From Paraspadella gotoi (taxonomy: Eukaryota; Animalia; Chaetognatha), in contig CM119263.1 in the NCBI GenBank assembly GCA_051294375.1, forward strand, positions 29,596,889-29,660,888: a stretch of 64,000 bases of DNA, given 5' to 3'. The notes under the pieces were generated by a model that searched no databases, was not told the origin of the DNA, and saw nothing but the letters and a program-made list of their open reading frames with translations. This document shows positions 53,240-64,000 of the stretch, piece after piece (positions within the stretch are counted from its first letter, which is position 1; each line of letters starts with the position of its first letter). A program made the translations under genes and the position numbers.

Positions 53240-56200
53240 GGTATAATACTTTTTTATCAATTTTAGGATAACAGCTATAAGGCTAAAGTTAAGAGACAGT
53301 ATATTCAAATTTGTTATCGTAATTTGTTAAGTCTTTCTTTCCGTCTTTGCCGGAAAAGGGGGCCGTCCCCTTAGGAGTCAGAAGCGACTTTGTAAGCCGC
53401 TCCCAATGCGCAATTTATACATTCATCGCCATTGCACAATGTTCAACTAACATGCATTTCGCTACTGCAGAAACTTTAAACTAAGAAATTCCTTGTTGGA
53501 ATTTCTTAAAGAAAATAGATCTTTCTTCTTCCCTTAATGTCATTCCGTTTTCTATCCATACTGACATACTTCATGTTTCCATCTTCCACATCTCGTTTGG
53601 CGTTGCATTCTTCGTAGGTTGTAAGTCGATAGACGATCGACGTACACGGACGACGACGACCGACCAAAGAAGTTCAGAATGTGGAATCAGTTTTCCTGAT
53701 GGCCAAAAAAAGGGGGCGGCTAAAGCTATTTCTCATTGTGCCTAGGAAAGGCTCTTTCTTTTCTTTTCTTTCTTTCTGTTTTCTATTTTTTCATTTCTCT
53801 TTTCTTTCTTTTCTTCTTTTCGCTTTCTTTTCTTTTCTTACTTTTGCTTTTCTCTTTTTTGTTTGTCCCCCTTTTATATTACAATTTTTCTGTATTCTTT
53901 CGTTTTTATTCTTTTTTTCTTTGTTTGTTCTTGCTTGTTTCTTGAGGTTTCTTTGTTTCATTGTTTCTTATGGCTTTTTCTTTCTGTCCTTTCTTCTCTG
54001 CCTTATCGTATGCGATGTAAATCTCTGAAGCTACTGGGACTAGATCTATTTGAATAACGAAAGAGCTTGTAAGAGTTCCGGAATCACTCAGATTCAGATT
54101 TATAATTAAGGAGGCAAAGCCGAGGCTGCGGATTTCGAAAGGAGAGCTCACTTACGATTCCGAAAATGTATTCACTTACCTACTTTTTCAGAAGGCGATC
54201 AGTCGGTTTTTTCGATTTTTTTTTGTACTAATACAAAATAAATGAAAAACCTATTTGAAAGAGTTGCAGAGGAACCCAACGGGATGAAGGTCGGTTTCGT
54301 GCAGTGAGAATTTGGGCTGATGAATTACCTTTAGGTAACGAACTCTGATTCTATGAAAAGATAAGATTGTCAAAAAATTTGCCTTCCTCATAAGAAACAA
54401 TTTGATTTATTCTGTATGTTTCTTGTTGTATTTTTTGGAATTTATAAGTTCCTTTAATAATCTTTGAAACGAAAACAGAACATTTTTCGAAAGGCGCGCT
54501 CATAGAATCCCCCCAGCTATCTTTTCGTTAGCCAAAGATATTTTTTCTTCAAGAAGAGTCCAACGGTTTGAGCTGGCAACCTCTTCGTTTTTAACCTTCG
54601 ACTGTCAATCGAAGAAAGTTTAAATCTGTACCCCTGATTACCTTGGCAGAGGATTTACCACAAAACATACAACAAAGCCACGGGAATGTGATGATGGAGT
54701 TATGGTTCCAAAACAACCGCTGGAATGATCATTAAGAAAATGGCTTACTGTTTTTAATTTTTTCAATTCAGAGTTTGGAATTCTTTTTTTCCAGAGCTTC
54801 CCTTTGAGAGACATAGAGGCAACTATGATTATGATAATACCACATTATACATAAGTAAAGAAACGATTATTTCAAATAAATTTGATAAAAGTTTTTCGAA
54901 GCTCATAAAACCTCATAAAAGCAATAAAATCCGTCTGGAAAGNNNNNNNNNNNNNNNNNNNNNNNNNTGAATTTACAAAATTTGTAAAGCGAGCAGAAAT
55001 AGAAGAGAGAGCAGAGTAGAGAGAGAAAGAGAGAGAGGACGAGGAGAGAGAGACGAGAGAGAGAGAGAGAGAGAGAAGAGAAAGAAGAGAGAGGAGTAGA
55101 GAGAGCAAAGACCAAAGGATAAAGCTTCCCAACCCAAAGGAATGAGGAGAAATGGCAAACATGAGAGGGTGAGACAGCTGAAGCATAGTTTCACAGTCAA
55201 AGCCACTCCAGGATCAGGAGAACAAGGTGACAGAAGAAAGGAGACCAGAACGAGAACAGATCAGACTAGATCAAATCAAGAGAAGAGCAGGGAGGACGGC
55301 TAGAAGCAGAGACAATGACTGACGACACAGATGGAGGAATGCTTGAATTGTTAAGTGTGTTTCACATTCTTAGATGTAAAGATATATGCTATAAGTATTA
55401 CTTTTTATCAAATTGTAGGAGTAACAGCTATAGGCTGAGAAAGTTAAGACTTATATTCAATTTGATTATGCTAATTTGATTAAGATCTTTCTTTCTCTCT
55501 TCCGCGAAAGGGCGGCTCGTCCCCTTGGAGTCAGAGCGCGTTGTGTAACCCGCTCCCAATGCCTGGCAAGTTATACATTCATGCCATTGCACAATGGTTC
55601 AACTAACAATGAATTTCGCCTACTTGCAGAAACTTTTAAACTAAGAAATTCTTGTTCAATTTCTTAAGAAAACAATAGATCTTTCTTCTTCCCTTAATGT
55701 CAGCTTCCGTTTTTCTTCCATACTGACAATCTTTCATGTTTCCATCTCACATCTCGTTTGGCGTTGCCATTCTTACATAGTCTTAGAAAAGTCGATATGT
55801 GACGATCGACGATCGACGACGACGACGACCGACCAAAGAAGTCAGAAATGTGGAATCAGTTTCCTGATGGCCAAAAAAAGGGGAGCGCAGTAAGCTATTT
55901 CCTCATTGTCCTAGGAAAGAAGCTCTATCTTTTCTTTTCTTTCTTTCTGTTTTCTATTTTTTCTTTCTCTCTTTCTTTCTTTCTTCTTTTCTTTTGCTTT
56001 CCTTATATTCTTTTCTTATCTTTTTTTCCCCCCTTTTTTCTTTTCTTGTTCTTTGTCATACCTATATTATTCATTTATTCTTTCTTTCTTATTTAGTGTC
56101 TTTTTTTTTGGGTTTCTTGTGTTATCATTAGATTGGTTGTCTTTCTGTTTTCTTTCTCTTTCGTTCTTTCTCTTCTGATGCTTGCTTTTATCGGCTATCG

Positions 56201-57230
56201 ATGTAAGAGTTCGGAGAGATATAGAATTCATAGATTATGAATGGGAAGAAGAGATCGGAAACTAGTCGATTAAGTAGGAAAGCCGAGTCGGATTTCGCAA
56301 AGGAGAGCTCCTACGATTCCGAAAATGTATTCACTTTACCTATTTTTCAAAGGCGATCAGTCGGTTTTTTCGATATTTTTTTTACTAATACAAAAATGAA
56401 AGAAACCTATTTGAAGAGTTGCGAGACCCAACGGTAAGGCGGTATTCGCTGCATGTAGAATTTGGCGAGAATTACCTTTAAGGTAACGAACTCCTGATTT
56501 CTATGAAAAGATAAAATTTCAAAAAATTTGCGCTCCTGCAAAGACCACAATTTGATTTATTCTGTAGTCCATTGTTTTTTTTTTTTTGAATTTATAATTC
56601 CTTTAATATCTTTGGAAACGAAAAAAAACATTTTTCCAGGACAAGCCGCGCCTCTAGAACTCCCCCACGTAGTCTTTTGCATTAGCACAAAGATATTTTT
56701 TGAGCAGAAAGGAGTAGTAAGCAAACAGAGACAGAAAAAGAAGGAAGAGAGGGAGAGAGAGAGTCACAACGGTTTGAAGCTGGGCAAGAACGAGAGATCT
56801 TGTCAGTTGAGATGAGAGTATAAGAAGATAACTGAGATGAGACGGAAACATATTACGAATCTTAGAAGTACATAAACAGTTTATAACGAGCGAATCAAGT
56901 GCCAAATTAAACCGTAGAGGGAAATTTTTTAATAAAAAGGCCTATTTGCTCACGAGAATTTTGAGAAGTTTATAAATCCCATTACTCTTCACGTATCCAG
57001 CGGAGCACTGTCGAGGAGTGGAATGATGGGTTATGCCAACGCGTCATTTGTTCTTACAAAATACATGGCTTCTGCTTTTCATTTATTTTGTAATCTTCAG
57101 CAGACTTATAGATTTTTTTTTTCGAGGATATTACCCCTTGGAAAATAGTCACGGTATATTAATGATATAAACATTTTGGCGACTAAGCTAAAATATCAAA
57201 TAAATTATGATAAGTTATAATTTAACTCAT
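53240..57230 (+). repeat. Direct duplication of ~1.7 kb (about 53240-54910 and 55390-57230), indel-rich
   Basis: Shared anchors such as aatagatctttcttcttcccttaatgtca, gtggaatcagttttcctgatggccaaaaaa and acgattccgaaaatgtattcact. Confidence 0.85.
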
Positions 57231-57532
57231 TTGAGAGAAACTCCCATAGAAGAGAAACAGATGAAAAAAGAATGCACGGAGAGATCTGGAGAAGAAAGAG
57301 TGGATGTAGGAGAAGAAGTGAAGTTTATTTTGATGAAGAACTAGATAGATGAGAATGAACCGAACTCACAGAGAGTAGTGTACGAGAGTAGTGTCACCAG
57401 AAAAGAGGGAACGCAGGATTAGATACGTCGCCATTTTTAATCTAGTTTCAGCGTATTTTTGCTGTAACAAATTCGCAGACTTCTTAGCGTGACGAAACGA
57501 TCCAGTGTTTAAACTGTCTCGCCTCACAACAC

Positions 57533-58990
57533 TCCCTAGTTGGCGTTGCCATCTTTTATAAAAATTAGTCTTACTAGATTATAAAAATTTTAATTTTCTT
57601 TAGATACATCTAGGGTTCTCAACCCAAGGAGAAAAAACGCAAAATTTGTCTATAAATTTTTATGAAACATTTTGGGTAAGAATTTTATATAACATAAGTT
57701 TTCCGGATTACTTTTGTATATTGAAAACATCTAACTACGAGTCGAATTCGATGTGCGAGAATAAAAACAGTGATCTTGAAAGAATACCCTAAAAGCATTC
57801 GAATGTTAAAGACAGAGTGATTAAGACAATGTTATAAGAGGTGAGTGAAGGTTGATACGCACCCGTGGGCCCGTTCATAAAACCGACGAAAAAGTTGACT
57901 TCCTGGCAGTGAGAAGATTTTTCATCATGACGATTTTGTAGAGTATAGGGGTAACCCCAAAGGAAATCGAGGAAGCACGGAGAGGTCGGATTGCCGTGAA
58001 GTCAGGAGGCTGGCTGCGATACGCGAAAGCTCGGAAGCCGCAGAGTGGAGATGCGAAGTGGAACAGTCTTAGTCGAGAAAGCCGTTCGGTAACCGCGCGT
58101 CCCTGAAGTGAAGCGAAGTTAAAGCAAAAGTTTTATCACATCGTAACAAAGTCACTAAGTCGGGAAGTAAACGATAACTCAGAGAAATGAGACCAAACGA
58201 TATTTCTGAAATCTGCAAAGATGGAAAAGCGGGTCCTTGCAGGTACCCCTCCTTCAAGGTGAAGCGATCTGACATCATCTCATCTCAATCATGCTCTATA
58301 GCTGACGCACTTCTCAACGCGATCTCCCGCTCACGATTCCTATCGTGCTCTTGCGGTCTGCCAACCTGACCTATGCATCTTAACTCCTCTCCTCATGCCT
58401 GCAGACCAACCTTGTTCCCTCAAGACAAGTTGGCCACCGTCTCGAAGACAAAGTTAATTACAGAATTTTTAACTGCCGATAGCAGAAGAACGAAATGACA
58501 AGAGAAAAAGACTTTTCTTCGTCGTCGTCCGTTATGCGTCATATCGTCGTCGTCGTCGTTGTCGTGCGTGTCGTGCAGACGTTTATCTCCCGTCCAAGTT
58601 CCGAAGGTACATAATGCCGTAATGTCTTTAACATCATCGTCGCCGTCTGTCGTCACCAGCGTGCGGACCATCTCTCTCGGCCTCTTTTTGGCTCTCCTTT
58701 TTTCGCATGACTTCGAGTCCTTCGACCCGAGCCCCATTAGCTCTGCGTAAGCTGGGCAGCGAGTTTTAGATTGATTGAGAGAGAAAGTGAAAATTGTAGG
58801 GAGTTGTAGGATAGGTAATTCTATATCTTAAATACAATTCATTGTACGCAACATTATATAGAGAGGCAGCACTAATGCGGACCTAGAAACCTTATGTATC
58901 CTAGAGTGCGCTTACCCGCTAATCTTGAACCTTAACCTATAACCCTCACTAATGCCTAATCTATCTTAAACTATAAGTACAAAATCAATT
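57533..58990 (-). repeat. Very noisy inverted copy of 63125-64000
   Basis: Colinear reversed anchors: gtaattaactttgt..gagacggtg.ccaac, aacttttgctttaactt, catgacgattttg, the (gtc)n vs (gac)n tract and the ccctaa vs ttaggg tract. Confidence 0.7.
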
Positions 58991-59662
58991 CATCCATAAT
59001 CATGGTTCCGACGCTATCTAAGTGCGCAGCCGCCTCAATTGGGAGGAAAGGAGATAGAACCAAAGAGGAGATTGAGGAAGGAGAGGAAAGGAGGAATACT
59101 TGAGGAAAGGTGACGGAAGGGTTTGAGAAAAGAGGGAAGAAGAGAGAAGGAGAAAAATGGAGTAAGAACTGAGAGGATAGGGAAGGAAGTTGCGAGGAGA
59201 GGGAGGCAGCGAGGAAGAAGTCTTTCTTCCTCTCTTCCTCTTCCTCTTTTTCTTCCTCTCATAAATTCTAAGATTCTCCCAATTTTAATGTCATCGAATT
59301 AAGTGAGAAACGAAAACGATTTTTTAAAGCGGTCATCGGAATGCTGGCATAAATGGTGGCATGGGAGGCATGGAAAATGGCATGGGAGATGGCATTGAAA
59401 GTGGCAGGAATTGATTCAGATTTATTGTCAAATCGAAAAGCAACAGTAGGAATGGTAGCAGAGCGACGGCAGGGAGAGTGGCATTAGTAAATAAGGGGAT
59501 GTAGATTATAATGGTGGCATTGGTGAAGTTGCTCAAAGGTGACGGGGAATGGAATCGGCGAAGGAAATCCTCTTCTTGAGACTCAGTCAACCACTCGAAG
59601 GGATTTTGGGCTTCATTGTCCCACATTTCTCTCGACACTCGAAATGCTCGTGTTTTTAAGGA

Positions 59663-59777
<115 letters not shown>

Positions 59778-62705
59778 TCACTCGCAGGTCAACGGACTTG
59801 GAAGGAAAGTGGAAAGCGACGAGTCACGAGTTTGTGATAAAGTGAATGCGGTGAACGCGGATGTGATGGGTTGAGATGACGGGTGAGGGGGTGAAGAGAA
59901 GGGTTGAGAGTGAAGGGATAAAGACGGATCACTGTGATGTAAACTCNNNNNNNNNNNNNNNNNNNNNNNNNNNNNNNNNNNNNNNNNNNNNNNNNNNNNN
60001 NNNNNNNNNNNNNNNNNNNNNNNNNNNNNNNNNNNNNNNNNNNNNNNNNNNNNNNNNNNNNNNNNNNNNNNNNNNNNNNNNNNNNNNNNNNNNNNNNNNN
60101 NNNNNNNNNNNNNNNNNNNNNNNNNNNNNNNNNNNNNNNNNNNNNNNNNNNNNNNNNNNNNNNNNNNNNNNNNNNNNNNNNNNNNNNNNNNNNNNNNNNN
60201 NNNNNTTGAGATCCGCTGATGTTTCAATCGAAGAAAAGAATCTCTTTGTTTTATTTCCAAATGAAATCGTAGTCGTCGTCGTCATCGTCGTCGTCGGCGT
60301 CATCGTCGTCTTCATCAGCGTCGTCGTCGTTTCTGTCTTTTCTCTCTCCATTTTTTTTGTTCCCTTCATCCGCAATCATTAACCGAGCGGAACCACTTCT
60401 TTTAACAGTCTACCTTCTTTGAATCCAAGGCTCTGCCCACACGAGCCCCGCCCACAAAACCTTTTTCTCGTCCACAAATAGCACAACCGATTTTCACTTC
60501 CATCCAACTCGGGCCCCCAATGACCCAACACCCCATTGGCCATTGGCCGCTTCAGTTGTAACAACCGCCCCGATTCCCTTTTTTAATCATACTTTTTCCC
60601 CTGCTCCTTATCCCTTACTCTGCCAATCATCCTACTCCTATAACCCTGCTGTTCATTCCGCTTCTTTTTCCCTACTCCTTTGCTCTTACCCGACCCCCTT
60701 ATCCTCTCTACGCTATTTATCACACCTCTTCATTCACGCTTCTCCTCTCCTCTCACCCTGGCACTCACCCCTCTTCTATATCTTCACTGCTCTTCCCTTA
60801 GCCTGCCTCTCAACTCATTCCCTTTACACTGCCCCTCACAACTCACCGCTCACCGCTCACGCCTCACCCTACAACCCTTTCCCATCGAGCCACGCCCCGG
60901 ATCCCAGTCTCTGTCTTTAACATTCAAATGCTTTTGCATAATCGTCAGAATGAACCGAATGAAGATGAGTACGATCAAAGGCGGNNNNNNNNNNNNNNNN
61001 NNNNNNNNNNNNNNNNNNNNNNNNNNNNNNNNNNNNNNNNNNNNNNNNNNNNNNNNNNNNNNNNNNNNNNNNNNNNNNNNNNNNNNNNNNNNNNNNNNNN
61101 NNNNNNNNNNNNNNNNNNNNNNNNNNNNNNNNNNNNNNNNNNNNNNNNNNNNNNNNNNNNNNNNNNNNNNNNNNNNNNNNNNNNNNNNNNNNNNNNNNNN
61201 NNNNNNNNNNNNNNNNNNNNNNNNNNNNNNNNNNNNNNNNNNNNNNNNNNNNNNNNNNNNNNNNNNNNNGAAAGAAAAGGAAAGAAGGAAAGGGAGGAAA
61301 ACGATGAGAAAGAGAGAATGAGGTAATTTGTAAAAGCGTGTGACGAGTGACAAGAGACAGAACCAAAAAAAAACATTAGGGATTGAAAAAAAAAAATTCA
61401 TGTCAAAAACTACATATATTTTCTTTTTTTTGGGGGGGGGTTGATCGAAAATGGAAAAATAAAACTTGAGGAATATGTATAAGTTTTAAGACCGAAGTGA
61501 TTTCTTTTTGAATAAAATAATCTATTGACAATAGTATTGTTTTTATTTCAAAGAAAAAGAAAGAAAAAGAAAAGAAAAACGAAAGAAAAAGGAAAAAAAA
61601 AGAAAAGAAAAAGAAAAGATCCATTGAGTTTCTTTTGGCTGCGGAGATAAGACGAGACGGAAAGAGGGCAAATCCTTTAAGACGGAGGAAAAAAAGGAAA
61701 AAGAGAGGAAAGAAGAAAGGAAAGAAGGAAAAGAAAAAAAATAAGAAAGGGGGGAAAGAGAGAGGAAGGAATGAGAACAAGCATATGTAAATAAATACAA
61801 AATATAGGTAAAAAGAAAAAAAGACCAGTCAAAAAAGGGCAAAGAAGTGATAAGGAAGAAAGGGATTATCCAAGATAGAAAAGAAGTGATAAANNNNNNN
61901 NNNNNNNNNNNNNNNNNNNNNNNNNNNNNNNNNNNNNNNNNNNNNNNNNNNNNNNNNNNNNNNNNNNNNNNNNNNNNNNNNNNNNNNNNNNNNNNNNNNN
62001 NNNNNNNNNNNNNNNNNNNNNNNNNNNNNNNNNNNNNNNNNNNNNNNNNNNNNNNNNNNNNNNNNNNNNNNNNNNNNNNNNNNNNNNNNNNNNNNNNNNN
62101 NNNNNNNNNNNNNNNNNNNNNNNNNNNNNNNNNNNNNNNNNNNNNNNNNNNNNNNNNNNNNNNNNNNNNNNNNNNNNNNNNNNNNNNNNNNNNNNNNNNN
62201 NNNNNNNNNNNNNNNNNNNNNNNNNNNNNNNNNNNNNNNNNNNNNNNNNNNNNNNNNNNNNNNNNNNNNNNNNNNNNNNNNNNNNNNNNNNNNNNNNNNN
62301 NNNNNNNNNNNNNNNNNNNNNNNNNNNNNNNNNNNNNNNNNNNNNNNNNNNNNNNNNNNNNNNNNNNNNNNNNNNNNNNNNNNNNNNCGGGGCGGTCGGG
62401 TCCTCCGGTCCTTTTCTCTTGGATTACGACCAAAATGCTGATTCAGGTTCGGGGGAATCCGCCGCCGCCGACGACGACGACGACGACGAGATCGACGACG
62501 ACGAAGAANNNNNNNNNNNNNNNNNNNNNNNNNNNNNNNNNNNNNNNNNNNNNNNNNNNNNNNNNNNNNNNNNNNNNNNNNNNNNNNNNNNNNNNNNNNN
62601 NNNNNNNNNNNNNNNNNNNNNNNNNNNNNNNNNNNNNNNNNNNNNNNNNNNNNNNNNNNNNNNNNNNNNAGAACGCCCCATTTCATTTTAAATTATTTGG
62701 TTAAT

Positions 62706-62830
62706 TTTTAGTTGCACCGCGAGTACTCGTGGAGCAACTTATTAAGTCACTTTTTGGTCGGTCTGTCAGTCGGTCGGTATGTTTATCCGTCCGTCTGTCC
62801 CGCTTACGTTAAAATTGCATATAATATGCT
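62706..62830 (+). mobile_element. 5' part of a HINE/Helentron-like element
   Basis: T-run, then 30-bp near-palindrome agttgcaccgcgagtactcgtggagcaact (62710-62739), then (GTCG/GTCC/GTCT)n and ctgtcccgcttacgttaaaa. Confidence 0.5.
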
Positions 62831-63124
62831 CATTTGTTAAGACAGGAAAAAACCTCAAAGATTGAATTTTAATGTGGTGCATGTTATAAATATATGGGCT
62901 TAGTAAGTTTTTTAGTCATATCATATCATCAAAAGAAAATACACGTGAAAATAAAATCACTGCGGCGCAACACATTNNNNNNNNNNNNNNNNNNNNNNNN
63001 NNNNNNNNNNNNNNNNNNNNNNNNNNNNNNNNNNNNNNNNNNNNNNNNNNNNNNNNNNNNNNNNNNNNNNNNNNNNNNNNNNNNNNNNNNNNNNNNNNNN
63101 NNNNNNNNNNNNNNNNNNNNNNNN

Positions 63125-63277
63125 GTTATAGGTTAAGGTTAAAGATTAGGGGTAAGCGATTAGGGATAGGGTTTAGGGATATAAGTTTAAAGAATTATTT
63201 AAGAATAAATATTTAAATTAAAATTTATTTCTTGGATAAACGAACAGATATGGGGCTCTCTTGGAAAAGACAGCCAA
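63125..63277 (-). repeat. Second copy of the repeat family with a telomere-like tract
   Basis: Reverse-complement similarity to 12304-12430 plus a ttaggg-like tract. Confidence 0.6.
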
Positions 63278-63694
63278 AAAAAGATGCCTACAACGACGAC
63301 GACGATGATGATTACGGCAATGACCGCAACTTGGACGGAGATAACGACGACGACGACGACGAAGACGACAACGACGACGACGACGAAGACGACAACGACG
63401 ACGACGAAGAAAAAGTCTTTTCTCTTCGTCTTTCGTTTCTTCGCTAAGAAAAAATTCCTTGTAATTAACTTTGTTGAGACGGTGCCAACGTTTGAGGGAT
63501 TGGTCTCAGCCTGGATTATCTCGTTGGCACCGCAGTCATAGATCTGCGGTCCCGTTTAAAGTTGCGTCGGCATAGCAAACAGATTGATATTTTCTCGTTC
63601 CCGGACTGCAGACCCCTTCCATCTTACGATTTCAACTTTTTCTCATTTCTAATTTTAACTTCCGCTTTGACTTTTTACGTTAACTTTTGCTTTA

Positions 63695-63812
63695 ACTTCC
63701 GCTTCCGGCTTCCGACTTCCGCTTCCCACTTCCGCTTCCCACTTCCGGCTTCCGACTTTCGCTTCCCACCTCCGCTTCCGGCTTCCGACTTCCGCTTCCC
63801 ACTTCCGCTTCC
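63695..63812. repeat. (ACTTCCG/GCTTCCG/CTTCCC)n 6-7-bp repeat array
   Basis: acttccgcttccggcttccgacttccgcttccc.. Confidence 0.8.
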
Positions 63813-64000
63813 CCCTTACCCAAAATCGTCATGTGAATCTTCTCTTCCGGTCCTTTCGTCTTTTGACCGCCGATCGTCTCCCTCTCTATCTCGTCTTTCG
63901 ATTTTATTCGCGTTTTATTCGCCGAAATTCGCGTTTTATTCGCGAGTTTTATGCTTCTTTTGGCGGATTAATAAAATAAAAATGGCGGCCAACTGGGGGG

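Noticed and set aside
58069-58750. Non-repetitive-looking short ORFs
   Set aside because: The region is an error-laden inverted copy of 63125-64000

Overview
Eukaryotic (probably invertebrate metazoan) draft scaffold, AT-rich, with many (GA)n, (GAC)n, (GAAA)n and (TTTA)n microsatellites, several minisatellites and many N gaps. No intact protein-coding gene is recognisable, and almost all listed ORFs are translations of simple repeats. The largest structure is a 10.2-kb segment (27911-38093) that reappears inverted (39997-49925). Both copies are followed by the same downstream sequence, which fits two haplotypes of an inversion assembled in tandem. Inside this segment is the most interesting element: a 1145-bp non-autonomous three-LTR (tandem TRIM-like) retroelement with a 4-bp GTAC target-site duplication, inserted into a decayed LINE reverse transcriptase. 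Its LTRs carry a tRNA-type Pol III A-box/B-box module, and its primer-binding site is an unusually long (~35 nt) complement of tRNA-Trp. A second CCA-ended tRNA copy (tRNA-Leu 3' half) sits next to an LTR-like promoter. Both tRNA copies stop right after anticodon-loop position 37. Also present: a TIR element, HINE/Helentron-like fragments, promoter-like motif clusters, candidate small exons, and indel-rich duplicated regions after 53 kb that look like uncorrected long-read sequence. All alignments were made by eye, and tRNA identities rest on recalled sequences rather than a database search.
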